64,000 bases of DNA from Eledone cirrhosa (Eukaryota), in NCBI GenBank assembly GCA_964016885.1, contig OZ024766.1, positions 15,872,001 through 15,936,000 of the forward strand. The letters are read 5' to 3'. Within the stretch, counting starts at the first letter, position 1. Every line of letters begins with the position of its first letter. Made by a program: the position numbers and the translations under genes. The notes below the pieces were generated by a model. The model saw nothing but the letters and a program-made list of their open reading frames with translations. It had not been told where the DNA came from and ran no database searches. Below are positions 10,907 through 24,537 of the stretch, in pieces.

Positions 10907-11987
10907 TGTCATGTTGAATGTTTTTCATGATGTTGTGGTAGGCATATTTCTGGTCATCCACCAGTCAAGGTTTATTTTCATCCACAAACTTACGCAACAC
11001 TTCAATATCATGGTTTGTCTCCTGAAAAACTGATTGTATTACCTCAATTTCTTCTGGCTCTGGCATCCTGCATTGCTATTCATTGCTGGAATTCAATGGG
11101 ACAGGTTGCACAGAGGTTGATTGTAAATCCTGGAGGTAGATTCCACATAAATATTGCTATAACATCTTTGGGCTAGGTGTAGATAGTCGTCTGACATATT
11201 GTTTTTGTACTCCTGCCAGGGTAGATGAGATTTATTCCAGATGCTGTGAGTATAGTAGCAAACAACTGTCTTATTTAACTGACTGCTCCTTCTAGTCCCT
11301 TCTTCCAATGTCAGTTGTCATACAGGTGTCCATGGCTGTCTTATTTAACTGGCTACTCCAGTGACTGCTCCTTCTAGTCCCTTCTTCCAATGTCAGTTGT
11401 TATACAGGTGTCCATGGCTGTCTTATTTAATTGGCCACTCCAGTGACTGCTCCTTCTAGTCTCTTCTTCCAATGTCAGTTGTCATACAGGAGTCCATGGC
11501 TGTCTTATTTAACTGGCTACTCCAGTGACTGCCCCTTCTTGTCTCTTCTTCCAATGTCGATTGCCATGCAGGAGTCGATGTTCTTTAGATGCTTCTTGGT
11601 ATGTGCTGCTCTTCCACCAAATCACCTGAGATCCTCAAATGACGTTGGTCCTTGAACAATAAGCAGATGTGACTGTAAATAAAAACTCTCTCTGTTGTTG
11701 GGGTGGTCATTGTAAACATGCCCAATAGCATCACTTGCCTTGACTTCATCACCTTCCACTAAATGACCCTGCTTCCTTTGATTCCAAGTCTTACAAGTGG
11801 TCCATGTGTAGTATTTTGGGATGTCAGCATATAGGAGGGATCGAACAAATTCTTTATTCTGGCAGTGTTTCAAAAAAGCAGTTAGAGTAGTGTCAAGTGG
11901 TGCTGGTGTCAACTGATGAGCAGTGGTTTTAGTGAAGTACACACTCTGTCCATTTTCTATATGTATAGAGATAAGGATGAAAAGCAA
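10907..11987 (-). mobile_element. Degenerate Helitron RepHel fragment
   Basis: Copy of 1638-2734 (ORF 11622..11987). Confidence 0.85.
11266..11558. repeat. 82-bp tandem repeat, ~3.7 copies (first unit has a 12-bp deletion)
   Basis: Same unit. Confidence 0.95.
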
Positions 11988-12734
11988 AGTTAATCCCTCA
12001 GAGGTTAGCTTTGCCTTTCATCCCTACGGGGCGGATAAAATAAAGTACCAGTAATGTACTGGGGTATTTCCTAGCCTTGTGCCTAAATTAGAAACAATTA
12101 TTACGGGATCGATAAAATAAAGTACCAGTCATACACTGGGGTAATTGCTGGCCTTGTGCCTAAAGTAGAAACAATTATTACGGGATCGATATAATAAAGT
12201 ACCAGTAGTACACTGGGGTAATTGCTGGCCTTGAGGCTGAAGTAGAAACAGTTATTACGGGGTTGATAAAATAAAGTACCAGTAATTCACTGGTGCTATT
12301 TGCTGGCCTTGTGCCTAAAGTAGAAACAGTTATTACGGGGTTGACAAAATAAACTACCAGTAATACACTGGGGTATTGCCGGCCTTGTGGCTAAAGTAGA
12401 AACAATTATTACGGGGTTGATAAAATAAAGTACCAGTAATTCACTGGTGTTATTTGCTGGCCTTGTGCCTAAAGTAGAAACAGTTATTACCTGGCTGATA
12501 AAATATAGTACCAGTAATTACTGGCCTTGTGTTAAAAGTAGAAACAATTATCACATTTCTTTTTAATAAATCACATCACTATAGAATTAAATACGACTGG
12601 AAATGTGTGTGAAGGTATTAAATTATGTCAGGGACTTTTAACGTTTGACACCGTACGAGAGTTGAAATATACGCAACGAGACCGAGTACCTGCTGCCTTC
12701 ATTATAACTTTAATTAATCTGATTATATCTTGTG

Positions 12735-12765
<31 letters not shown>

Positions 12766-15251
12766 AGTTTAATACCCCGACATCTGTCTTACACTGTCAT
12801 ATCTATTCTTACTTTACAATTGTGTCTACTAAGAGTTCCATTACAATCTGTAGTAGTAAAACTACTATTTCACCAGAACATCTGCTATCAGTCATTTATA
12901 GACAATATATATATTTTAGACCACATATCAACCTAATATATATATATTTCCTATCAAATCTGTAGCTAAAGACATAAAGTCAGCCTCACTACTTCATTCT
13001 GACAAGATATCAATTTATGACTAAAGATGAAGAAGATACACCAACGTTAATGTCGTGAAATAAAGCTGATAACATTGAAACATCTAATTTGATAACAAAG
13101 AGATTATTTCTTTGGTTGTTTAGTAACAACTAACAACACAATACATTGATTATATGTTAAGGAGGTAAGTTGACAAAGATTTACTTAATGTCTATATTAA
13201 TGTGTGTAAATAATATAATTATTTGAACCTTACAACGATCCAGTAATTAACCAGATTCCACTGTTACATGTGATATAAAATATATTGTTATCATGACTGT
13301 CTTTATTATTTAAATTACCTCCGTCTATTTAATTATCTTGTTCACTCCCTTACATTATAAAATATAGTTTATATTTAGCTGTACCTTGTTATTGCTTTAA
13401 GTAAATTAAAGATATATTTATTATTTAAATTACCTCCGTCTATTTAATTATGTGGTTCACTACCGTACATTATAAAATATAGTTTATATTTAGCTGTACC
13501 TTGTTGTTGCTTTAAGTAAATTAATATTTTGTCTATTTTAGTCTAAATCTCTTACAATTTAATTAACTTCATCTACTTATGGTTGAACATTACTTTATTG
13601 TGGGTTTCATTTCATTATAATTATGTCTGAGTTAGCCAGCCAAGTAGGGGTTGAGTATCTGTATTTCAGGGAACTGCTTTGATGGTGAAGGGACATCTGT
13701 TGGTGTGGGATCTCGGTGGCTGTACATAATAAGGTTCTAATACTCTAAAGAGCTAGCTGAATAACCGTCTGATACATGTCTTGTATAGAGGATCATAAAG
13801 CCATGTATAGAAGAGCAGTCAGCAATGTCAGGATTAACATTCATTATAGTGAAGTGGCAGTATCGGTAGAGAGTCGGACACCATGCTTTGAGGCACAGAG
13901 TTACGTCCCTTTATGATCTGAGTTCAAATCCCGCCGAGGTTAACTTTGCCTTACATCCATACGGGGTTGATAAAATAAAGTACCAGTAATGTACTGGATA
14001 ATTGCTGGCCTTGTGTTTAAAATAGAAACAATTATAGTGAATAATTTGGAGTGTAGTGTGGTGTCCACCAGGGCTCTGTTGTTAGCCCTCACTTAGTTAT
14101 TATCGTCCTGCAGCCTATAACAGAGATGTTTAAGACTGGCTGCCCATGGTAACTCTTGTATGCACAGCAGGACCTGAAGAATGCGGTCATGTGCATTTTC
14201 AAGGTCTATAAAACGATAATATATACCTCTTAGCAATACTCCCACGATTTCTCAAAGACGTGCCACAGTGTGAATATTTGGTGGGTTATGTTGCACCCAG
14301 GGAGAAAACAGCACTGTCCATCAGCTAGCTTGGACTCGCTACATCACTTTGCCAGAAACTTTGCATATACTTTACCAGGGAGTCTTAACAAGGTGATCCC
14401 TCTCTATTTGGAACAATCTCTCGTGTGTCCCTTTTTATAAATTGGGATTATCACTCCCGATTGCCTTTGCTTGAGTGCCATTTCAGAAACCCAGGCCATC
14501 TGTCACACATGAGTCGGTCACATTTGAGCTCTTTAATTGCTCTTCTGACCTCAGCCTCCGAGAGATTAGTCACCGCTATCAGATTCACCTCATGTACATC
14601 CGAAGATGCTGTTGTGATCGGGTTTGGGAGATCAGCAAAGTATTCTCTCCACCTCATGAGGATCCATCTCTCTGAAGAGAAAAGAACCCCAGATACACTC
14701 ATGGTTGCAGGTGTGGAGAAAGATTTCTTGTAACTAATTAAAAACTAAAATAATTTGATTTTTCAATAAAAAGTTTCCAGGGTTTATAGATGTAAAATTT
14801 CCACTGTTAAATCTATCTCTGCTTCTTAAGTATTCTCTATTATTTCATACTGTTTCTTTTTCATTTCAGAATATCAGATGACATTAGGATAAATTATTAT
14901 CTTCAATCTTGGATACATCACCTCTATTTATCATCATTTGAAGATTAAAACTTTTTAAACAGAACTTATATAACACTGTTTATATAAATCTATCAGAATT
15001 ACTGTGATATATTTCCTCAGAACTGAGTTTAAAGACAAAATTCCTTTTCTTCACTGTGTGGTATATATATATGAGAGATATATTTTGTATTTTAACTCAG
15101 CTTCAATGACAAAGAAGTTTGCATCATCTTCAGGTATTAACTGAGATCATAATTGAGGGAAATATAACAGAAGAAATATTTTTTAGGAATATAATATAAA
15201 AAATATTAAAGAATAACATCTGTAAATTCTGCCAAGGGTAGAAGAATTATT

Positions 15252-16613
15252 ATGGAAAATAAATTGAGTGAAAAGAAGATTAAATGTGAAACAATGTCTA
15301 AAGATATGGCTATTACAGAAGAGATGTCAAAGGATAGAGGAGAGAAGCCATATCACTGTGATGTTTGTGGTAAATCATTCTCTGAAAGTAGTAAATTAAC
15401 TAGTCACAAACGTATACATACAGTAGAGAAGCCATATCACTGTGATATCTGTGGTAAATCATTCTTTGTTAATGGTAATTTAACAAGCCACAAACGTACA
15501 CATACAGTAGAGAAACCATATCACTGTGATGTCTGTGGTAAATCATTCCTTGATAATAGTAAATTAACTAGCCACATGCGTATACATACAGGTGAGAAGC
15601 CATATCACTGTGATATCTGTGGTGAATCATTCTCTCAAAGTAGTACCTTAACTAGACACAAACGTACACATACAGGAGAGAAGCCATATCACTGTGATAT
15701 CTGTGGTAAATCATTCTCTCGAAGTAGTATATTAACTAGCCACATGCGTATACATAGAGGTGAGAAACCATATCACTGTGATATCTGTGGTAAATCATTC
15801 TCTGAAAGTGGTCACTTAACTAGCCACAAACGTATACATACAGGAGAGATGCCATATCACTGTGATATCTGTGGTAAATCATATTCTCAGAGTAATGCCT
15901 TAACAAGCCACAAACGTATACATACAGGAGACAAGCCATATCACTGTGATATCTGTGGTCAATCATTCTCTCGAAGTGGTACCTTAACTAGCCACAAACG
16001 TATACATACAGGAGAGAAGCCATACCACTGTGATATCTGTGGTAAATCATTCTATGATAGTAGTACCTTAACTAGCCACAAACGTATACATACAGGAGAG
16101 AAGCCATATCACTGTGATATCTGTGGTAAATCATTCTTTGTTAATGGTAATTTAAATAGCCACATGCGTATACATACAGGTGAGAAGCCATATCACTGTG
16201 ATATCTGTGGTAAATCATATTCTCACAGTAATGCCTTAACTAGACACAAACGTATACATACAGGAGAGAAGCCATATCACTGTGATATCTGTGGTAAATC
16301 ATTCTCTGTAAGTGGTAACTTAACTAGCCACAAACGTATACATACAGGAGAGATGCCATATCACTGTGATATCTGTGGTAAATCATATTCTCGGAGTAAT
16401 GCCTTAACAAGCCACAAACGTATACATACAGGAGACAAGCCATATCACTGTGATATCTGTGGTCAATCATTCTCTCGAAGTGGTACCTTAACTAGCCACA
16501 AACGTATACATACAGGAGAGAAGCCATACCACTGTGATATCTGTGGTAAATCATTCTCTCAATTAAGTAATTTAACTAAACACAAATATACCCATACAGG
16601 TAAGAAACCATAA
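15252..16613 (+). CDS. C2H2 zinc-finger protein, 453 aa, 15 fingers
   Basis: Intact ORF of 84-bp finger repeats. Its first 14 fingers match those of the gene at 19187. Confidence 0.95.
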   Translation: MENKLSEKKIKCETMSKDMAITEEMSKDRGEKPYHCDVCGKSFSESSKLTSHKRIHTVEKPYHCDICGKSFFVNGNLTSHKRTHTVEKPYHCDVCGKSFLDNSKLTSHMRIHTGEKPYHCDICGESFSQSSTLTRHKRTHTGEKPYHCDICGKSFSRSSILTSHMRIHRGEKPYHCDICGKSFSESGHLTSHKRIHTGEMPYHCDICGKSYSQSNALTSHKRIHTGDKPYHCDICGQSFSRSGTLTSHKRIHTGEKPYHCDICGKSFYDSSTLTSHKRIHTGEKPYHCDICGKSFFVNGNLNSHMRIHTGEKPYHCDICGKSYSHSNALTRHKRIHTGEKPYHCDICGKSFSVSGNLTSHKRIHTGEMPYHCDICGKSYSRSNALTSHKRIHTGDKPYHCDICGQSFSRSGTLTSHKRIHTGEKPYHCDICGKSFSQLSNLTKHKYTHTGKKP

Positions 16614-19186
16614 CAAAGTCATATCTCATTGTCTCAAAATTGTAAATTAATTAGACACAAATACATTCATATGAGTGAGAAGCCATACCACTGTGATATT
16701 GTGGAGAAATTATTCTCTTGTATTGCTACATTAACTACATACAAACATAAATATATACTGGAGAAAAACCATATTACAGTGATATCTGTGGAAATTGTTA
16801 TCTATAAAAGCTAGCTTAACTAGACACAAACATATATATACAGGAGAGAAACTATATCACTGTGATATCTGTGGGAAATCTTTCTCTGAAATAAGTCACT
16901 TCACTCAGCACTAACATTTACAGAAAAGGAACCATATCATTGTGATATCTGCAGTAAATCATTCTCTAAATGTGGCTTCACTAGACACTAACATATACAG
17001 GAGAGGAACTATATCACTGTGATGTCTGTGGTAAATCCTTCTCTAAATGTTGAGAATTCCCTACACACTAACATATACAGGAGAGGAACCATATCACTGT
17101 GTTGTCTGTGGTAAATCATTTTCTAAATGTTGTGGTACCAACATAAGGTTACTTAATGTAACAGAAACACAATCAGACAAGATAAAAACCATGTCACTCA
17201 CTGAAAATAGTGCCACCAATGTTGTTAATGTTTTGAATAAAACTTGTTTGTTCTGAAATTATTCTCCTTTCATTTTATTTGTAGAAGTTGTAACCAAGAC
17301 TTATGCTGACAAATCTGTATGGTACAGAATTTACAAACACTATATATATATATATATGTGTGCCAAAACATCTATGATCTCGGTTTACAGCTGATGAAGG
17401 GTTTCTTCTCTCCTTTCATCCATATTACCATCTTAAACTTTGTTTACAGTAACCACACAACTCCTTTCGTTTCTTATGATTTTATATATATATATAACAA
17501 AGGAGGTGTGGTAAAGAACCAGATGGACCATATACGCACCAGAGTACTCAATACTTAGGGTAGTAGAGCGGGTAGTAGGGGTTGAGTATCTGTATTTCAG
17601 GGAACTGCTTTGATGGTGAAGTTACATCTGTTGGTGTGGGATCTCGGTGGCTGTACATAATAAGGTTCTAATACTCTAAAGAGCTAGCTGAATAACCGTC
17701 TGATACATGTCTTGTATAGAGGATCATAAAGCCATGTATAGAAGAGCAGTCAGCAATGTCAGGATTAACATTCATTATAGTGAAGTGGCAGTATCGGTAG
17801 AGAGTCGGACACCATGCTTTGAGGCACAGAGTTACGTCCCTTTATGATCTGAGTTCAAATCCCGCCGAGGTTAACTTTGCCTTACATCCATACGGGGTTG
17901 ATAAAATAAAGTACCAGTAATGTACTGGATAATTGCTGGCCTTGTGTTTAAAATAGAAACAATTATAGTGAATAATTTGGAGTGTAGTGTGGTGTCCACC
18001 AGGGCTCTGTTGTTAGCCCTCACTTAGTTATTATCGTCCTGCAGCCTATAACAGAGATGTTTAAGACTGGCTGCCCATGGTAACTCTTGTATGCACAGCA
18101 GGACCTGAAGAATGCGGTCATGTGCATTTTCAAGGTCTATAAAACGATAATATATACCTCTTAGCAATACTCCCACGATTTCTCAAAGACGTGCCACAGT
18201 GTGAATATTTGGTGGGTTATGTTGCACCCAGGGAGAAAACAGCACTGTCCATCAGCTAGCTTGGACTCGCTACATCACTTTGCCAGAAACTTTGCATATA
18301 CTTTACCAGGGAGTCTTAACAAGGTGATCCCTCTCTATTTGGAACAATCTCTCGTGTGTCCCTTTTTATAAATTGGGATTATCACTCCCGATTGCCTTTG
18401 CTTGAGTGCCATTTCAGAGACCCAGGCCATCTGACACACATGAGTCGGTCACATTTGAGCTCTTTAATTGCTCTTCTGACCTCAGCCTCCGAGAGATTAG
18501 TCACCGCTATCAGATTCACCTCATGTACATCCGAAGATGCTGTTGTGATCGGGTTTGGGAGATCAGCAAAGTATTCTCTCCACCTCATGAGGATCCATCT
18601 CTCTGAAGAGAAAAGAACCCCAGATACACTCATGGTTGCAGGTGTGGAGAAAGATTTCTTGTAACTAATTAAAAACTAAAATAATTTGATTTTTCAATAA
18701 AAAGTTTCCAGGGTTTATAGATGTAAAATTTCCACTGTTAAATCTATCTCTGCTTCTTAAGTATTCTCTATTATTTCATACTGTTTCTTTTTCATTTCAG
18801 AATATCAGATGACATTAGGATAAATTATTATCTTCAATCTTGGATACATCACCTCTATTTATCATCATTTGAAGATTAAAACTTTTTAAACAGAACTTAT
18901 ATAACACTGTTTATATAAATCTATCAGAATTACTGTGATATATTTCCTCAGAACTGAGTTTAAAGACAAAATTCCTTTTCTTCACTGTGTGGTATATATA
19001 TATATATGAGAGATATATTTTGTATTTTAACTCAGCTTCAATGACAAAGAAGTTTTCATCATCTTCAGGTATTAACTGAGATCATAATTGAGGGAAATAT
19101 AACAGAAGAAATATTTTTTAGGAATATAATATAAAAAATATTAAAGAATAACATCTGTAAATTCTGCCAAGGGTAGAAGAATTATT

Positions 19187-21220
19187 ATGGAAAATAAATT
19201 GAGTGAAAAGAAGATTAAATGTGAAACAATGTCTAAAGATATGGCTATTACAGAAGAGATGTCAAAGGATAGAGGAGAGAAGCCATATCACTGTGATGTT
19301 TGTGGTAAATCATTCTCTGAAAGTAGTAAATTAACTAGTCACAAACGTATACATACAGTAGAGAAGCCATATCACTGTGATATCTGTGGTAAATCATTCT
19401 TTGTTAATGGTAATTTAACAAGCCACAAACGTACACATACAGTAGAGAAACCATATCACTGTGATGTCTGTGGTAAATCATTCCTTGATAATAGTAAATT
19501 AACTAGCCACATGCGTATACATACAGGTGAGAAGCCATATCACTGTGATATCTGTGGTGAATCATTCTCTCAAAGTAGTACCTTAACTAGACACAAACGT
19601 ACACATACAGGAGAGAAGCCATATCACTGTGATATCTGTGGTAAATCATTCTCTCGAAGTAGTATATTAACTAGCCACATGCGTATACATAGAGGTGAGA
19701 AACCATATCACTGTGATATCTGTGGTAAATCATTCTCTGAAAGTGGTCACTTAACTAGCCACAAACGTATACATACAGGAGAGATGCCATATCACTGTGA
19801 TATCTGTGGTAAATCATATTCTCAGAGTAATGCCTTAACAAGCCACAAACGTATACATACAGGAGACAAGCCATATCACTGTGATATCTGTGGTCAATCA
19901 TTCTCTCGAAGTGGTACCTTAACTAGCCACAAACGTATACATACAGGAGAGAAGCCATACCACTGTGATATCTGTGGTAAATCATTCTATGATAGTAGTA
20001 CCTTAACTAGCCACAAACGTATACATACAGGAGAGAAGCCATATCACTGTGATATCTGTGGTAAATCATTCTTTGTTAATGGTAATTTAAATAGCCACAT
20101 GCGTATACATACAGGTGAGAAGCCATATCACTGTGATATCTGTGGTAAATCATATTCTCACAGTAATGCCTTAACTAGACACAAACGTATACATACAGGA
20201 GAGAAGCCATATCACTGTGATATCTGTGGTAAATCATTCTCTGTAAGTGGTAACTTAACTAGCCACAAACGTATACATACAGGAGAGATGCCATATCACT
20301 GTGATATCTGTGGTAAATCATATTCTCGGAGTAATGCCTTAACAAGCCACAAACGTATACATACAGGAGACAAGCCATATCACTGTGATATCTGTGGTCA
20401 ATCATTCTCTCGAAGTGGTACCTTAACTAGCCACAAACGTATACATACAGGAGAGAAGCCATACCACTGTGATATCTGTGGTAAATCATTCTATGATAGT
20501 AGTACCTTAACTAGCCACAAACGTATACATACAGGAGAGAAGCCATATCACTGTGATATCTGTGGTAAATCATTCTTTGTTAATGGTAATTTAAATAGCC
20601 ACATGCGTATACATACAGGTGAGAAGCCATATCACTGTGATATCTGTGGTAAATCATTCTCTCGAAGAAGTTACTTAACTGAGCACTTACGTATCCATAC
20701 AGGAGACAAGCCATATCACTGTGATATCTGTGGTCAATCATTCTCTCGAAGTGGTACCTTAACTAGCCACAAACGTATACATACAGGAGAGAAGCCATAC
20801 CACTGTGATATCTGTGGTAAATCATTCTATGATAGTAGTACCTTAACTAGCCACAAACGTATACATACAGGAGAGAAGCCATATCACTGTGATATCTGTG
20901 GTAAATCATTCTTTGAAAATAGTAAATTAACTAGTCACAAACGTACACATACGGGAGAGAAGCCATATCACTGTGATATCTGTGGTAAATCATTCTCTGA
21001 AAGTAGTACCTTAACTAGCCACAAACGTATCCATACAGGAGAGAAGCCATATCGCTGTGATATCTGTGGTAAATCATTCTCTCAAAGTAGTCCCTTAACT
21101 CAACACTTACGTATCCATACAGGTGAGAAGCCACATCACTGTGATATCTGTGGTAAATCATTCTCTCAATTAAGTAATTTAACTAAACACAAATATACCC
21201 ATACAGGTAAGAAACCATAA
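19187..21220 (+). CDS. C2H2 zinc-finger protein, 677 aa, 23 fingers (in the partial duplicate that lacks its own exon 1 and promoter)
   Basis: Intact ORF. The splice acceptor is retained at 18800, but the unit is cut upstream at the ~17575 junction. Confidence 0.92.
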   Translation: MENKLSEKKIKCETMSKDMAITEEMSKDRGEKPYHCDVCGKSFSESSKLTSHKRIHTVEKPYHCDICGKSFFVNGNLTSHKRTHTVEKPYHCDVCGKSFLDNSKLTSHMRIHTGEKPYHCDICGESFSQSSTLTRHKRTHTGEKPYHCDICGKSFSRSSILTSHMRIHRGEKPYHCDICGKSFSESGHLTSHKRIHTGEMPYHCDICGKSYSQSNALTSHKRIHTGDKPYHCDICGQSFSRSGTLTSHKRIHTGEKPYHCDICGKSFYDSSTLTSHKRIHTGEKPYHCDICGKSFFVNGNLNSHMRIHTGEKPYHCDICGKSYSHSNALTRHKRIHTGEKPYHCDICGKSFSVSGNLTSHKRIHTGEMPYHCDICGKSYSRSNALTSHKRIHTGDKPYHCDICGQSFSRSGTLTSHKRIHTGEKPYHCDICGKSFYDSSTLTSHKRIHTGEKPYHCDICGKSFFVNGNLNSHMRIHTGEKPYHCDICGKSFSRRSYLTEHLRIHTGDKPYHCDICGQSFSRSGTLTSHKRIHTGEKPYHCDICGKSFYDSSTLTSHKRIHTGEKPYHCDICGKSFFENSKLTSHKRTHTGEKPYHCDICGKSFSESSTLTSHKRIHTGEKPYRCDICGKSFSQSSPLTQHLRIHTGEKPHHCDICGKSFSQLSNLTKHKYTHTGKKP

Positions 21221-22301
21221 CAAAGTCATATCTCATTGTCTCAAAATTGTAAATTAATTAGACACAAATACATTCATATGAGTGAGAAGCCATACCACTG
21301 TGATATTGTGGAGAAATTATTCTCTTGTATTGCTACATTAACTACATACAAACATAAATATATACTGGAGAAAAACCATATTACAGTGATATCTGTGGAA
21401 ATTGTTATCTATAAAAGCTAGCTTAACTAGACACAAACATATATATACAGGAGAGAAACTATATCACTGTGATATCTGTGGGAAATCTTTCTCTGAAATA
21501 AGTCACTTCACTCAGCACTAACATTTACAGAAAAGGAACCATATCATTGTGATATCTGCAGTAAATCATTCTCTAAATGTGGCTTCACTAGACACTAACA
21601 TATACAGGAGAGGAACTATATCACTGTGATGTCTGTGGTAAATCCTTCTCTAAATGTTGAGAATTCCCTACACACTAACATATACAGGAGAGGAACCATA
21701 TCACTGTGTTGTCTGTGGTAAATCATTTTCTAAATGTTGTGGTACCAACATAAGGTTACTTAATGTAACAGAAACACAATCAGACAAGATAAAAACCATG
21801 TCACTCACTGAAAATAGTGCCACCAATGTTGTTAATGTTTTGAATAAAACTTGTTTGTTCTGAAATTATTCTCCTTTCATTTTATTTGTAGAAGTTGTAA
21901 CCAAGACTTATGCTGACAAATCTGTATGGTACAGAATTTACAAACACTATATATATATATATATGTGTGCCAAAACATCTATGATCTCGGTTTACAGCTG
22001 ATGAAGGGTTTCTTCTCTCCTTTCATCCATATTACCATCTTAAACTTTGTTTACAGTAACCACACAACTCCTTTCGTTTCTTATGATTTTATATATATAT
22101 ATAACAAAGGAGGTGTGGTAAAGAACCAGATGGACCATATACGCACCAGAGTACTCAATACTTAGGGTAGTAGAGCGGGTAATAGGAAAATGTTTAAACC
22201 CGACGGCAGAGCTCAATCCGTTTCGACGGCTATTTCTGGAAACAGTCCAGAAATAACCGTCGAAATGACTTTAGCTCTGCTGTCGGGGTTAAACATTTTC
22301 C

Positions 22302-22333
<32 letters not shown>

Positions 22334-22629
22334 AGTGTATATGTCAGTGTGTAGAAATTTCTGTCCATGAAAATGATTATCTTTATTTGTGTATATGTGT
22401 ATATGTATATGTATGTTTATATGTGTTCTTATATACATGTGTGCACATCTTGAAATATTTTCAGTGTCTGTTCTAGTTCTCAGAGTACAAATCCCACTGA
22501 GGTAAAGTTGCTTCGATATTTTGAGGTCAATAAATGAAATACCAGTGAAATACTGGGGTGGTTAATTCCTCTTCTTTGTCATTGTCTGTTTGTCTACTCA
22601 TCTCTTTCTCTGTATATATATATATATAT

Positions 22630-22823
22630 CCAAAATTAAGATAAATTAAAATAAAATTAATGTAAATCAAATTATGGGTGTCATGCCAGAAAGACAGGCG
22701 CCATATCACTCGTAAAATAAGCTCCATGGAGCTTATTTTATGGGTGATATGGTGCATGTCTTTCTGGCATGACACCCATAATTTGATATAGAATAATTTT
22801 ATTTTAATTTATCTTAATTTTGG
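22630..22823. mobile_element. Palindromic MITE-like element A
   Basis: Exactly complementary ends CCAAAATTAAGATAAATTAAAATAAAATT ... AATTTTATTTTAATTTATCTTAATTTTGG, with TA-rich flanks. Confidence 0.82.
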
Positions 22824-23288
22824 ATACATATATATATATAAGTACGGCCCCTTAATTGTAGAGCTAACTCTGTTGAAAGGACCTGACTGCTGTTTCTAGT
22901 TGTCAATAACTCTATTCACGCCACTGGGACAAAGCTGGTATGATGTGTGTATTTTTAGTAGATGCAGCACGTGTTACTGGTCAGTCGCTGATTTGAACTT
23001 GATGCGTAAACACAGATGGTTGGACTTCTTCCTGGTTGAGAATCCAAGATCTGGCTACTGTCGTTTACCAATCGATTAATTGGTGAAATATATTTCTTTA
23101 ATGGAATATATACAAGGAAGATTAATCATTTTCTAAGGTATCTATTTTTGAAGTTCTAGTTAAACTTTATTTAGTTACCTACCTAGCAATGTGTGCTTAC
23201 ACACTTTTACAAATTATCCCCTGTGATTGTTTCATATGTTTATTTATATTTCAATCAATTTCTAGTTGATATATATATATATATATAT

Positions 23289-23574
23289 CAGTTCAATTCT
23301 CAGACCGGGTGATGTGTTGTTTCCTTGAGCAAGACACTTTATTTCACATTGCTCCAGTTTACTCAGCTGTAGAAATGAAATGATAGGGACTGGGGTCCCT
23401 ATCATTCCACTTTAAAGTGGTCGTGGAGGTGCCACGGCAAAAAAGCACCCAGCACTCACTGTAAATGAGGTTGGTGTTAGGAAGGGCATCCAGCTGTAGA
23501 ATTCAAGCCAGAATCAGTTCCCGTCTCACCCTTGCAAGCAGAGAAAAGTGGACGTAAAATGAAATGATGATGAT
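23289..23574 (+). mobile_element. 5'-truncated CORE-like SINE with an RTE-derived tail ending (GAT)n, inserted in a TA microsatellite
   Basis: Starts at a B-box-like CAGTTCAATTC and contains CCTTGAGCAAGACACTT (CORE-like). The tail matches the RTE 3' UTR at 61742-62007. It is absent from the same TA tract at ~690, 9955, 33200 and 51350. Confidence 0.8.
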
Positions 23575-24537
23575 ATATATATATATATACACGTGGAAAA
23601 GTAAAATATAGCAGAACAGACCGTTAAAAGATGTTTATTTAAAATAGCAACTATGTACATTTCACCTGGATGGGCTTCACAAGGGTATAAATAACTAAAA
23701 AGTGTTCCTTACATGGCCCAGAATGTGTTTTTAGAGATAAGTTCACGTCAGAGTTCATTCTACGCGAAAAAGCGTGTTTTGATTTTGCAGTAGGTCAAGG
23801 GAGGTAATTCTAGCTGGTGTTAGGGCAGTCTTTCCCGGAAAATTTTTTTATCTGTTAAAAGATATGGTTACAACCCTACCATTGTCGATACGCACAGCGT
23901 CAGGTATGCAACGTTTGTTTGCTGCACCTGCCCGCCTTGGTCATTTGAAGCCATGTCTGGGATACATGGTTAGTTTCATGATTTTTTTTGCAGCACCTGC
24001 TATATATATATATATATGAGCGAGACACGGTCACCCGACCTAACTTGCTTCTAAATACGACAAACCCGTCCAACCCATGCTAGCATGGAAGATAGATAAT
24101 AATCGATGATGATGATATCTAGGGATTGTAACATTACCACAACAGAAGTCTGACAAGCTTTTGATTCCAGAGTCAGGCTAGATCAATACAGATCAAACCT
24201 TGAGCTGATCGATAGCAAAACGTGCTTCACTGCTCAATAAATGTAATGAAGACATGACAAATTGTCCTCTCGCTCCCTCTCTCTATATATAGAGAAAAGG
24301 TGAAGTTAGAAATAGCACGGAAAATATATTTTAGGGCCTGTTTTATGTTATATATCTTTTGATTCGTTAAAGTGACCCTATTGAAAAAATGGGAGAGACA
24401 TCATCATTCATCATCATTTCATTTCACGTCCACATTTTCCCTGCTTGCAAGGGTGGTACGGGAACTGATTGTGGCTTGATTTCTAAAGATGGATGCCCTT
24501 CCTAACGCCAACCTCATTTACAGTGAGTGCTGGGTGC

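Noticed and set aside
16629-17256. Small ORFs after the ZF stop (16629..16814, 17047..17256 and copies) as separate genes
   Set aside because: They are pieces of frameshifted dead fingers in the 3' UTR.
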